A stretch of 64,000 bases of DNA from an uncultured Gammaproteobacteria bacterium (GTDB taxonomy: Bacteria > Patescibacteriota > Microgenomatia > Levybacterales > GWA1-39-11). Positions within the stretch are counted from its first letter, which is position 1. Each line of letters starts with the position of its first letter. Shown in pieces: positions 46,672-56,107 of this stretch. The notes under the pieces were generated by a model. The model ran no database searches. It was not told the origin of the DNA and saw only the letters and a program-made list of their open reading frames with translations. The stretch is from the NCBI GenBank assembly GCA_964472415.1, contig CAYYLC010000001.1:67269-131268 (forward strand), given 5' to 3'. The translations under genes and the position numbers were made by a program.

Positions 46672-47837
46672 AAATTGTAATTATTCTTCCTACATATAAC
46701 GAAATCGATAACATCGAGAGGATTGTAGAAAAATTTCAAAACGAAGTTTTTCCGAAAATTAAAAATCACAAGATGTCAATTCTCGTGGTAGATGATAAAT
46801 CTCCTGACGGTACTGCGGAAAAAGTTAGGGAATTGATGAAGAAATACAAAAATCTTGAATTATTATCAGGAAGTAAGAAAGGACTTGGTGCAGCCTATAT
46901 TAGAGGAATGACTTATGCCGTGGAAAAAATGAATGCAGATGCAGTAGCAGAGGTTGATGCAGATCTTTCCCATCCGCCAGAAAAAATTCCTGAGTTTATT
47001 AAGAAATTAGAAGAGGGATACGATTTCGTAATCGGTACAAGGTATAGTGAAGGAGGATCAATTCCTGCTAATTGGCCAGTGCATCGAAAAATGTTTTCGA
47101 TCCTTGGAAATTTGTTAGTGCGGATAATTCTATTGCGACCTTATATTCATGATTGGACCGGTGGATATAGAATGCTCACTCGTAAAGTTTTCCTCAAAGA
47201 AAAAAAGGAACTTATTGATTATAATGGGTATGTATTTCAGGTAGCATTTCTTCACAAGGCAGTCCGAGACGGATTTAGGATTGCTGAAGTTCCGTTTGAT
47301 TTTACGGATAGGGCTCTGGGAAAGTCAAAAATTGCATCGTTTAACTACATCGCAAATGTACTCAATTATGTAATACGTGCAAGAATTTATGAATCGTTAC
47401 ATTCTCCATTTCTAAAATATGCAATTACTGGATTTTTAGGATATCTGATAAATGCAGTTATGCTTGAGGTTTTTCGACAGGGAGCACACTTAAATCCTGG
47501 AGTTGCTGCAATGCTGGGAGCAGAATGTGCAATCATCTGGAATTTTGTGGTAAATAATTTTTGGGCATTTCGTGAACATAAAATTACAAACCCATGGAAA
47601 GTACTTTTGAAATTCCCTCAGTTTAATTTAGTTTCTATTGGCTCACTTGCGATCACAAGCGTTGTTGTATTTATTGCGACACATGCATTTGGAGATAATA
47701 TTTTGATTCGCCAGATTTCACTTGCACTTGCTATTGGACTTTTGGTGATTCCCTACAGCTATACTATGTATAATGTCTTTATATGGAAAAGATGGCGAAT
47801 ATCATTCCTCGCAAAGCTTCAAGAAAAATTAGGGTAG
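46668..47837 (+). CDS. GT2 polyprenol-phosphate glycosyltransferase (DPM1/ArnC-like) fused to a C-terminal GtrA-like membrane domain
   Basis: IVIILPTYNE...VDDKSPDGT (DxD region) and a C-terminal four-TM GtrA-like segment (AITGFLGYLINAV..NNFWAFRE). Confidence 0.8.
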   Translation: MKIVIILPTYNEIDNIERIVEKFQNEVFPKIKNHKMSILVVDDKSPDGTAEKVRELMKKYKNLELLSGSKKGLGAAYIRGMTYAVEKMNADAVAEVDADLSHPPEKIPEFIKKLEEGYDFVIGTRYSEGGSIPANWPVHRKMFSILGNLLVRIILLRPYIHDWTGGYRMLTRKVFLKEKKELIDYNGYVFQVAFLHKAVRDGFRIAEVPFDFTDRALGKSKIASFNYIANVLNYVIRARIYESLHSPFLKYAITGFLGYLINAVMLEVFRQGAHLNPGVAAMLGAECAIIWNFVVNNFWAFREHKITNPWKVLLKFPQFNLVSIGSLAITSVVVFIATHAFGDNILIRQISLALAIGLLVIPYSYTMYNVFIWKRWRISFLAKLQEKLG

Positions 47838-49390
47838 TGATTGTCAGACTAGTAAAAAATCCAGTCACCGCTATTATTTTTTTAATTTTGACAATTGCAG
47901 CGTTTATGCGTCTGTATAGAATCTCTGAGTACATGACATTTCTCGGAGACGAGGGGAGAGATGCGATCGTTGCACGTCAAATCCTTATGGGGGATTTTAC
48001 TCTTTTGGGACCCCGTGCGTCTGCTGGAGATTTTTTTCTTGGGCCTATTTATTATTACATGATGGCGCCATTTTTGTGGTTTTTTAATTATGATCCAGTA
48101 GGTCCTGCTATTATGGTAGCACTTATCGGTGTTGCGACGGTATTTCTTGTGTATTATGTTAGCTCAAAGTTTTTTGGAAAAATTGCGGGTATAACCGCAG
48201 CAGCATTGTATGCGGTTTCTCCCGTAGTGATTGCATATTCTCGCTCTTCCTGGAATCCAAATCCAGTACCATTTTTTACGCTCCTGATGCTCTATGTTCT
48301 CTATCTCAGTATTCAGAGAGGAAGTTTGAAGCTGTTCATTGTCGTGGGTGTTCTTCTCGGGATATTATTACAGCTTCATTACATCGCGGTTTTTTTAGGA
48401 GTTATCGTATTTTTATTTGTTCTTATTGGAGGATTCATTATTCCGCGAGAGAATAAGATAAAAAATTACTTATTACAATATGCCGCAATCTTTTTCGGAT
48501 TCCTTATTGGATGGTTTCCATTTTTATTGTTCGAGGCTCGGCATGGTTTTCCAAATATTAAAACTATTTTCTCATTTATATTCGTGGGAAATTTTCAGGA
48601 AAAGCAAATAGAGAGCGTGTCACATTTAGAAATAGTTTCTGATGTTTTTTTTCGACTTTATGCAAGACTTTTAGTGGGATTCCCTCCCCCTGAACAGCTT
48701 GATAGAGTCCCTTATTTGGAATTATCATTACTCCAAGCAGTAACTGTAATTCTTATTATTGGATCGATTTTTGCTCTAATTTTTTCTCGTAAAAAGCTTA
48801 TTATTAGCTTTTTTTTAATTTGGCTTTTTGGAGGAGTATTTTTGTTTGGATTCTATAAAAAAGAAATTTATGATTATTATTTTGGATTCCTATTTCCCGT
48901 CCCCTTTATTCTTATTGGTAATTTGATAGGCAGACTGAGTGCTTTAAAAGGCAGGCTGAAAGATGTAGGAATATTCTTGGGGGTATTATTTTTCGGATTG
49001 CTATTTTACCTACTAATCGTGAAGCATCCATTCCAATTCACACCGAATCGTCAAAAACTTCAAGCAGAAACAATTGCTAATTTTGTTTTAGAAAAAACGA
49101 ATGGAAAGCCTTTTAATTTTGCACTTATAACATTGGGTAATTCTGATCATGTATTTCGGTATTATTTTGAAATAAAAAATCGTGCACCAGTAGTAATAGA
49201 GAATGCGCAAGTCGATCCTGAAAGGGGTACAGTGACAGATCAGTTGCTTGTGATATGTGAACATGACTGTAAGCCTATTGGGAACTCACTCTGGGAAGTT
49301 GCGGGGTTTGGTGATGCAGAGATAGAAGACCAGTGGAAGATTTCTTTTTTTACAGTGTATCGACTTATTCCATATGGAGAAGGTGGCTAG
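47783..49390 (+). CDS. GT-C family membrane glycosyltransferase (ArnT/PMT-like)
   Basis: About 12 TM helices; first extracytoplasmic loop carries FLGDEGRD (DE motif of GT-C enzymes); start uncertain (47783 or 47792). Confidence 0.65.
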   Translation: MEKMANIIPRKASRKIRVVIVRLVKNPVTAIIFLILTIAAFMRLYRISEYMTFLGDEGRDAIVARQILMGDFTLLGPRASAGDFFLGPIYYYMMAPFLWFFNYDPVGPAIMVALIGVATVFLVYYVSSKFFGKIAGITAAALYAVSPVVIAYSRSSWNPNPVPFFTLLMLYVLYLSIQRGSLKLFIVVGVLLGILLQLHYIAVFLGVIVFLFVLIGGFIIPRENKIKNYLLQYAAIFFGFLIGWFPFLLFEARHGFPNIKTIFSFIFVGNFQEKQIESVSHLEIVSDVFFRLYARLLVGFPPPEQLDRVPYLELSLLQAVTVILIIGSIFALIFSRKKLIISFFLIWLFGGVFLFGFYKKEIYDYYFGFLFPVPFILIGNLIGRLSALKGRLKDVGIFLGVLFFGLLFYLLIVKHPFQFTPNRQKLQAETIANFVLEKTNGKPFNFALITLGNSDHVFRYYFEIKNRAPVVIENAQVDPERGTVTDQLLVICEHDCKPIGNSLWEVAGFGDAEIEDQWKISFFTVYRLIPYGEGG

Positions 49391-49641
49391 TATCCGAGGA
49401 AATTAAGCTTAATTGTTTGAGTGGACAGAAGCACAAAGAGGATAATATTTGCCGCAAAAATTATCCCACTTATTGTTAAAATTTTTCTTATACTATCCAT
49501 CGGAGATGACGCTGGCGGAGTTATTGCCTTTTTCTTTCGAACGCTTTTTTCTGAGAAACTTACTGAGTAAGAAATTCCTGTTTCAGTTCTTTTTTCAGCT
49601 GACTTTATCTTCTGTTCTCGTGTTTTTCGTTTCTTGTTCAT
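49387..49641 (-). CDS. possible small tail-anchored membrane protein (84 aa from the internal ATG)
   Basis: Basic N-terminus MNKKRKTREQK, C-terminal TM; overlaps the promoter of the downstream + gene and a + strand ORF, so it may be spurious. Confidence 0.25.
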   Translation of the reverse strand: MNKKRKTREQKIKSAEKRTETGISYSVSFSEKSVRKKKAITPPASSPMDSIRKILTISGIIFAANIILFVLLSTQTIKLNFLGY

Positions 49642-49662
49642 ATCGTTTCCTAGACTATCATA

Positions 49663-49691
49663 TTGACACCGATTAGGCAAGATAATACAAT
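49663..49691 (+). promoter_or_regulatory. sigma70-like promoter (TTGACA-17 nt-TACAAT) giving a near-leaderless mRNA
   Basis: -10 box ends 11 nt before the ATG at 49703; no SD. Confidence 0.5.
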
Positions 49692-49702
49692 GGACTACTG
49701 AT

Positions 49703-50173
49703 ATGAATATTGGGCCTGTGGAGATATTCTTAGCAATCTTTTTTATCTGGTCTTTGATTTTGACTTTTCTCTTCTTGCGCTTTTATTTATTTTATACGAG
49801 AATAAGAAAAGGTACGAAAGAGGAGTCTCTTATTCCAATATTAAATGAACTGCTGCAGAAAGAGCAGAAGATCGAGAAAAGCCTTGTTGAGTTTGACAAC
49901 AGAGTATTAAAACTTGAGGATGACTCACAGTTTTTCATCCAAAAGATAGGGGTTTTGAGATTTAATCCTTTTAAGGATACAGGTGGAGATCAGAGTTTTA
50001 TTTTATCATTACTTGATTCAACTGATACAGGAGTAGTGATATCGAGTTTGCACACGAGAACTGGTACCAGGTGGTATGCGAAAAAAATTGTTGAGGGGAA
50101 AGGGATGCAGCATGCACTATCGGAAGAAGAGAGAAATGCTATACTAAAAGCAACGAAGCTTTCAAAGAAATAA
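49703..50173 (+). CDS. DUF4446-family protein with N-terminal TM
   Basis: GVLRFNPFKDTGGDQSFILSLLDSTDTGVVISSLHTRTGTRWYAK resembles the DUF4446 core. Confidence 0.5.
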   Translation: MNIGPVEIFLAIFFIWSLILTFLFLRFYLFYTRIRKGTKEESLIPILNELLQKEQKIEKSLVEFDNRVLKLEDDSQFFIQKIGVLRFNPFKDTGGDQSFILSLLDSTDTGVVISSLHTRTGTRWYAKKIVEGKGMQHALSEEERNAILKATKLSKK

Positions 50174-51337
50174 ATGAAAAAAAATAAATTTATACTATGG
50201 CTCGCTGGGATATATATAGTTTCTGCTCTTGCCTCCTTCTTTATTTTTTCAGGTCTCATTAGTGGACTTGGCGAAGTGCAGTCTCCAGTTCCTGCAGCTG
50301 TAACTGATGGAAGTAAGACCATGTTTGACGAAAGCCTTCCAAAGACAGAACCATGTCCTCTAAGCGGTCAGCTATTTTCTCAGCAACAAAGAGAGTGGTG
50401 GGAAGATCATGCGCCTTTGGGTGTCATGATTGAAAATCACGAAGAATCACGCCCACAGTCCGGACTTTCTAAGGCAGATGTAGTATATGAGGCTGTGGCA
50501 GAAGGGGGAATTACAAGATTTCTTGCTGTATTTTACTGTCAGGATGCAGAAGTGGTGGGGCCTGTGAGATCAGCACGGACATATTTTTTGGATTTTATGT
50601 CTGAATATGGATCGTATCCGTTATATACCCATGTAGGAGGAGCAAATACGCCAGGTCCTGCTGATGCACTTGGACAGATCAGGCAGTATGGATGGAACGA
50701 ATATAATGATATGAACCAATTCTCTATAGGGTACCCGATTTTCTATCGTGATTATGATAGGCTTGGAAGAACTGTTGCGACTGAACATACAATGTATTCT
50801 TCTACAACTCGTCTTTGGGAGTATGCGAAAGAAAAGAGAGGGCTTACGAATGTGGACGAAGATGGAAATGAGTGGGATGAAGATTTCAGATATTATGAAT
50901 TTAAAGAAGATGCAGCAGAATCAGCGCGTCCTGTAAGTCAAACCATTTCTTATGATCCATGGGAGGGATATGGAGCGTATACAGTTTCGTGGAAGTATGA
51001 TAGAGCTTCAAATAGCTATCTTCGTTCAAATGGTGGGCAGCCTCATACTGATTTGAATACTAAAGAGCAGATTAGAGCAAAAAATATCGTAGTGCTTTAC
51101 ATGCGCGAAAGTAGAGCAAATGATGGATATGAGGGAAATGCACATCTTCTCTATGGTACAAAAGGGCGAGGAGATGCCGTAGTTTTTCAAGATGGAAGAG
51201 AAATTAAAGCACAGTGGTCAAAGCAAAATAGGTCTGCCCGGTTAATAGTTACAGCCAAAGGGAAAGAGATTCAATTTAATCCTGGATTGACGTGGTTTAG
51301 TGTGCTGCCCCTCGAATCACCACTTGAAATAGAGTAG
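50174..51337 (+). CDS. DUF3048 domain protein (YerB-like), N-terminal TM
   Basis: PLGVMIENHEESRPQSGLSKADVVYEAVAEGGITRFLAVFY is the DUF3048 signature. Confidence 0.75.
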   Translation: MKKNKFILWLAGIYIVSALASFFIFSGLISGLGEVQSPVPAAVTDGSKTMFDESLPKTEPCPLSGQLFSQQQREWWEDHAPLGVMIENHEESRPQSGLSKADVVYEAVAEGGITRFLAVFYCQDAEVVGPVRSARTYFLDFMSEYGSYPLYTHVGGANTPGPADALGQIRQYGWNEYNDMNQFSIGYPIFYRDYDRLGRTVATEHTMYSSTTRLWEYAKEKRGLTNVDEDGNEWDEDFRYYEFKEDAAESARPVSQTISYDPWEGYGAYTVSWKYDRASNSYLRSNGGQPHTDLNTKEQIRAKNIVVLYMRESRANDGYEGNAHLLYGTKGRGDAVVFQDGREIKAQWSKQNRSARLIVTAKGKEIQFNPGLTWFSVLPLESPLEIE

Positions 51338-51377
51338 TATAATATATTTACTCAATAGCGAAATCTATATTTAATGT

Positions 51378-51950
51378 ATGTTAAAGGATCTTATTACGTC
51401 TAAAACGAGAGTTAAAATACTGTCTCTTTTCCTGGAGGATGTAGAGGCGATGTATCATGTTCGTGAAATCGTGCGTCGTGTTGATGAGGAGATAAATGCA
51501 GTTAGACGAGAGCTTATCCTTCTAGATAAAAAAGGTCTTCTCAACAAGGAGAAGAGAGGGAATCGAGTATATTATTTTTTCGATAAGAGCTATCCATTTC
51601 TGAGCGATTTGATTAGGCTTCATGCAAAGGAATCTGGCTTGGGGAAAGATATCCTTTCAAATAAATCAAAACTTGGTAATATAAAATATGCGATGATTTC
51701 TGGAAAATATGCACGGAACATCTCTACTGATGATGAGGTGGATATGTTAATTGTAGGTTTGATAGTATTACCAGAATTGCAATTGATAGTGAAAAAAGAA
51801 GAAGAGAGAAAAGGGAGAGAAATAAACTATACTATTATGAGTGAAGAGGAGTTTAATTTTAGGAAAACAAGACGTGATCCTTTCATTTTCTCTATTATTA
51901 GCGGATCTCGGATTATGTTAGTAGGAGATGAGGAGAAATTCTTGCAATAA
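51378..51950 (+). CDS. winged-helix (ArsR-like) transcriptional regulator with a C-terminal extension
   Basis: N-terminal KTRVKILSLFLED..MYHVREIVRRV (HTH). Confidence 0.5.
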   Translation: MLKDLITSKTRVKILSLFLEDVEAMYHVREIVRRVDEEINAVRRELILLDKKGLLNKEKRGNRVYYFFDKSYPFLSDLIRLHAKESGLGKDILSNKSKLGNIKYAMISGKYARNISTDDEVDMLIVGLIVLPELQLIVKKEEERKGREINYTIMSEEEFNFRKTRRDPFIFSIISGSRIMLVGDEEKFLQ

Positions 51951-51953
51951 TTT

Positions 51954-53336
51954 ATGAATCGACCGAAGTTATTTATTTTAATTATTTTTTTGGCCTCTAT
52001 CCTTTTCTTGATAGTAAACTCTCCAGTCCCATTTGCTTTTAATGAAATATCTCTTCCTTTTACAAATAAGAAGATAGACATACCTGATGTTGCATTTGAT
52101 CCAAATGATGTGACGTTTGGGATTGAGCCGTTTGGGATTAGTCGAGACATGTCATATAAGCTCGGTTTGGATTTACAGGGCGGAACACAGCTTACCTACC
52201 ACGTAGATATGGCAGAGATTGCCTCAGAAGACCGTGATAGTGCATTTAATTCTGTGAGAGATATTATTGAGAGGCGCATTAACTTACTTGGGGTTTCAGA
52301 GCCGAATATTCAGAGTGTTCGTGCAGGGGGTGATTATCGTTTGGTTGTCGAATTGCCGGGGATTTCTGATACAGAATCTGCGTTAAGTTTGATAGGGCAA
52401 ACTGCTCAGCTTACTTTTTGGGAAGCAGATGCGCAAAGTCTAGAGGTAGCAACGGAATCTGCAAGCATACTTGATCAGAATCTTTTGATTCTTCTGGGAG
52501 GGAAGCCAAAAGAGACAAATTTAACCGGTAAAGATCTTCAGAGAACTCAAGTCGTGTTTGATCAAGCGATGGGAATTCCACAGGTGCAGCTGCAGTTTTC
52601 AGACGAAGGAGCCCAAAAATTCTTAGAGATAACGAGTCGGAATATCGGAAAAAGTGTTGCAATAGTGCTCGATGATCAGATAATTAGCGCGCCAGTTGTG
52701 CAGCAAGAGATTTCAGGTAGTACTGCTGTTATTACAGGGAGTTCTAATGTCGAAGAGGCAAACAGACTCTCTATAGCGCTTAATGCTGGAGCTCTTCCAG
52801 CACCGCTTGATTTAGTAGCACAGAGTTCTATAGGTCCATCACTTGGGAAAGTATCGTTGGACAAAAGTATTTTTGCAGCAATAATAGGATTTCTATCAGT
52901 AATAATATTTATGATTTATATCTATCGAAAAGAGGGATTTCTTGCATGTATTGCATTGGGAGTTTATACACTGATAAACCTATTTATTTTTAAACTTATT
53001 CCAGTAACATTAACACTTGCAGGAATTGCTGGAATAGTACTTTCTATCGGAATGGCAGTTGATGCGAATATTTTAATATTTGAGCGAATGCGTGAAGAGT
53101 TGAAGAATGGAAAACCTCGGAAAATTGCAATCCAAAATGGTTTTAAGCGTGCATGGCCGTCAATTAGAGATACGAATGTTACGAGTATAATTACAACTAT
53201 TATTCTTTTTTACTTTGGGAGCAGTATTGTAAGAGGGTTTGCGCTGACTCTTTTTATCGGGATCGTAGTGTCGATGTTTACTGCCGTTACAGTAAGCAGA
53301 AACTTATTATTAGTATTTGATTCTAACGAGAAATAA
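51954..53336 (+). CDS. secD: protein-export membrane protein SecD
   Basis: LGLDLQGGTQLTYHVD periplasmic motif, C-terminal six-TM SSD-like domain. Confidence 0.9.
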   Translation: MNRPKLFILIIFLASILFLIVNSPVPFAFNEISLPFTNKKIDIPDVAFDPNDVTFGIEPFGISRDMSYKLGLDLQGGTQLTYHVDMAEIASEDRDSAFNSVRDIIERRINLLGVSEPNIQSVRAGGDYRLVVELPGISDTESALSLIGQTAQLTFWEADAQSLEVATESASILDQNLLILLGGKPKETNLTGKDLQRTQVVFDQAMGIPQVQLQFSDEGAQKFLEITSRNIGKSVAIVLDDQIISAPVVQQEISGSTAVITGSSNVEEANRLSIALNAGALPAPLDLVAQSSIGPSLGKVSLDKSIFAAIIGFLSVIIFMIYIYRKEGFLACIALGVYTLINLFIFKLIPVTLTLAGIAGIVLSIGMAVDANILIFERMREELKNGKPRKIAIQNGFKRAWPSIRDTNVTSIITTIILFYFGSSIVRGFALTLFIGIVVSMFTAVTVSRNLLLVFDSNEK

Positions 53337-54256
53337 TGAATGTTATAGGAAATAGAAAAATATTTTTAGGAATTTCTGGGGTACTCACGATGGTGAGTAT
53401 TTTCCTTTTAATTGTGTATGGATTGCGACTCTCTATCGATTTTAACGGTGGATCACGACTTGAAATACCGCGTACAGACGAAATTTCTAGGGAAAAAGTT
53501 GAGGATGCGTATAATAAATCTAATAGGGAGATAAATTCTATTCAAGAAACTGACAGGAGTTATAAAATTAGCTCTGAAAGCCTTTCAGAAGAAAAAAAAG
53601 ATGTAATTGTTGGAGAGCTCGGAGTTTCTGAGTTGAGCTTTGAAGTGCTTGGTCCTACGATTGGGGCTGAAACGCGGAATAAGGCATTTATGGCAGTTGC
53701 TATTGCGATTGTTGCGATAACTGTTTATATTGCACTTGCATTTCGAAAAAGTAGCCAAGCTGTTTCTTCTTGGAAGCTGGGAATTTCTGCAATTCTTGCA
53801 CTTGCTCATGATGTAATAGTAACTCTCGGATTCTTTTCATTGTTTGGGGTTCTTTTCGGAGTAGAAATTGACACGTTATTTGTTACAGCGATTCTGACTA
53901 TTATTGGATTTTCTGTTCATGACACGATCGTGGTGTTTGATAGAATTAGAGAAAATATTGCAACAAACGTGAGAAATCTTCCCTTTGAAGTAATTGTAAA
54001 TAATTCGATTACGGAAACTCTTGGGAGGAGTTTGAATACTTCTATGACAGTTTTATTTATACTTATCGCAATGGTTTTGTTTGGAGGAGAAAGTATCAGA
54101 TGGTTTGTGGTGGCATTTATTATTGGTGTAGTTGTTGGGACCTATTCATCAATATTTATCGCAGCACCGTTACTTCTCGAATGGCATAATTTTGATAACC
54201 GTGGAGGATTTAAGAAGCTCAAAGAAACCATTAAAAAAAAGATGAATAGAAAGTAG
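53336..54256 (+). CDS. secF: protein-export membrane protein SecF
   Basis: DFNGGSRLEI motif, six TMs, coupled to the secD stop. Confidence 0.9.
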   Translation: MNVIGNRKIFLGISGVLTMVSIFLLIVYGLRLSIDFNGGSRLEIPRTDEISREKVEDAYNKSNREINSIQETDRSYKISSESLSEEKKDVIVGELGVSELSFEVLGPTIGAETRNKAFMAVAIAIVAITVYIALAFRKSSQAVSSWKLGISAILALAHDVIVTLGFFSLFGVLFGVEIDTLFVTAILTIIGFSVHDTIVVFDRIRENIATNVRNLPFEVIVNNSITETLGRSLNTSMTVLFILIAMVLFGGESIRWFVVAFIIGVVVGTYSSIFIAAPLLLEWHNFDNRGGFKKLKETIKKKMNRK

Positions 54257-54263
54257 TTAATAA

Positions 54264-54707
54264 TTAAGAAAGTTCTTCTCGGACAATTCTGCTTACTAAG
54301 CCTCCATCAGCCTTTCCTTTTACTTGTGGCATGACGACTCCCATAAGTTTACCCATATCAGATTGGTTGATTGCATTGGTTGTTTCTTTTGCCCCTTTTA
54401 TTATTTCTCTGATTTCCTCTTCTGACATTTGTTTAGGCTGATATGATATAAGAATATTAAGTTCTTTCTCTTCCTTTTCTGCCATCTCCAATCGTTCGCC
54501 TTTTTTATAAAATTCAATTGATTCTTTTCTTTTCTTAATCTCTCGTGAGATAATGGTTAAAATATCTTCATCCGTTGCTTCATAGCCAAGCCCCTTCTCA
54601 ATTTCATAGTTTTTTAGTGCAGAAAGTAAGAGTCGAAGTGTTGAGATCCTTAACTCATCTTTTGCAAACATTGCTGTTTTCAAATCTGATTTAATTTTTT
54701 CTTTCAT
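54264..54707 (-). CDS. GatB/YqeY domain protein
   Basis: MKEKIKSDLKTAMFAKDELRISTLRLLLSALKN matches the YqeY family. Confidence 0.8.
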   Translation of the reverse strand: MKEKIKSDLKTAMFAKDELRISTLRLLLSALKNYEIEKGLGYEATDEDILTIISREIKKRKESIEFYKKGERLEMAEKEEKELNILISYQPKQMSEEEIREIIKGAKETTNAINQSDMGKLMGVVMPQVKGKADGGLVSRIVREELS

Positions 54708-54723
54708 ATATAAGTATTATACT

Positions 54724-56088
54724 CTATTTTTCTTTCAACGCTCGAATTCTAGAAAGTAAGAAGTTGCGATCATTTTTAGAAAGATCTTCATCAACTTCTT
54801 CAAACAATACTTGTAGGATTTTTCCAACTTCGCGTCCTGGGGGAATGTTGAGCTCTTTCATAATATCATTTCCATCAATTGCTAGGTCATTAATAGAGAA
54901 TGGGGGGTTGAGTTGCTCTGAAAGACGCTCTTTAAATTTTTTTAATCTCCAACTCTCTGCAACCTGAGTTCCTCCGCCGAGCCTATCACCAATTCTCAAA
55001 TCTATCATATCCGCTACATTTTCTATCCCTACGCGTCTGATGAATCGACGAATGGCGCTGTCTGTAATGTTTTCATCAATTGTAAACATATGCCATCGAA
55101 TAAGGGTATAGATTTTTTCTCGCTCCTTTTTCGAAAAATGGAATCTATCAGCAATGTTTTTTGCGATTCTGCTTCCCACTACTTCGTGGTTGTAGAAAAT
55201 CACATATCCACTTTCATCAATAGATGCGACATCTGGTTTCCCGACATCATGGAGTAATGTTGCAAATCTGACGAGCGGATCACTTGATGGGCAATATTTA
55301 AGTGATAAAACGTTATGAGTGAAGACATCATCTTTGTGATGTCTACCGGGGCGTTTTTGCGAAATCCCCTTTCCTCTCGTGAGTTCTGGAAGGATAATTT
55401 CTAAAATTCCTACATTATCTAAAAGCATAACCCCTTCGTATGGGAAATCACTTGCAAGTATTTTTAGTAACTCTTCCCGGATTCTTTCATAGGAAATACG
55501 AGAAATGAGCTGATTGTTTTTCTTGATTGCCTTCCAAGTTTTTTCTTCAATAGTGAATTCCAGTTGAGTTGCGAATCGTATAGCTCTTAGCATTCTGAGA
55601 GCATCTTCTTGGAATCGCTCGTCAGGATTTCCTACTGCACGAATAATCCTTTTATCCAAATCCTTTTTTCCGTTCGTCAAGTCAATAAGTATCTGCTCAT
55701 CGTCTTTGATTTCAATTGCAAGACTATTTACTGTAAAATCTCGTCGCGTTACATCCTCTATTAGTGTCTTCCCCCATGAAACAGACTCAGGATGTCTGAA
55801 GTTTTTGTACCCTCCTTCTGTGCGAAAAGTTGTAATTTCCACAATAGTAACTACCTCTTCGTCTTTTTTTATTGGCACTCCTACCGTACCGTAAGAGTTA
55901 TCGTAGTAACTATCAGGGAATATTTCCTGAATTTGTTCAGGAGTGGCATTTGTCGTCAGGTCCCAATCTTTGACTTTACGTTCCAGTAGGAGATTTCTTA
56001 CACAGCCACCAATAAGGTATACTTCAAATCCTGCATTTTGAATTGCTTTGTATAATGTGATAATTTCATCAGGTATCAAATATTTCAT
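54724..56088 (-). CDS. cca: CCA tRNA nucleotidyltransferase with HD domain
   Basis: LIGGCVRNLLL..DWDLTT head domain, HD motif ATLLHDVGK. Confidence 0.85.
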   Translation of the reverse strand: MKYLIPDEIITLYKAIQNAGFEVYLIGGCVRNLLLERKVKDWDLTTNATPEQIQEIFPDSYYDNSYGTVGVPIKKDEEVVTIVEITTFRTEGGYKNFRHPESVSWGKTLIEDVTRRDFTVNSLAIEIKDDEQILIDLTNGKKDLDKRIIRAVGNPDERFQEDALRMLRAIRFATQLEFTIEEKTWKAIKKNNQLISRISYERIREELLKILASDFPYEGVMLLDNVGILEIILPELTRGKGISQKRPGRHHKDDVFTHNVLSLKYCPSSDPLVRFATLLHDVGKPDVASIDESGYVIFYNHEVVGSRIAKNIADRFHFSKKEREKIYTLIRWHMFTIDENITDSAIRRFIRRVGIENVADMIDLRIGDRLGGGTQVAESWRLKKFKERLSEQLNPPFSINDLAIDGNDIMKELNIPPGREVGKILQVLFEEVDEDLSKNDRNFLLSRIRALKEK

Positions 56089-56107
56089 ATAATAATGTGA
56101 TGCTTAT

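Noticed and set aside
49449-49676. 75-aa plus-strand ORF between the GT-C gene and the DUF4446 gene
   Set aside because: It runs through the TTGACA-17-TACAAT promoter of the next gene and is Phe/Leu-rich low complexity; the antisense minus-strand ORF is itself only weakly supported.
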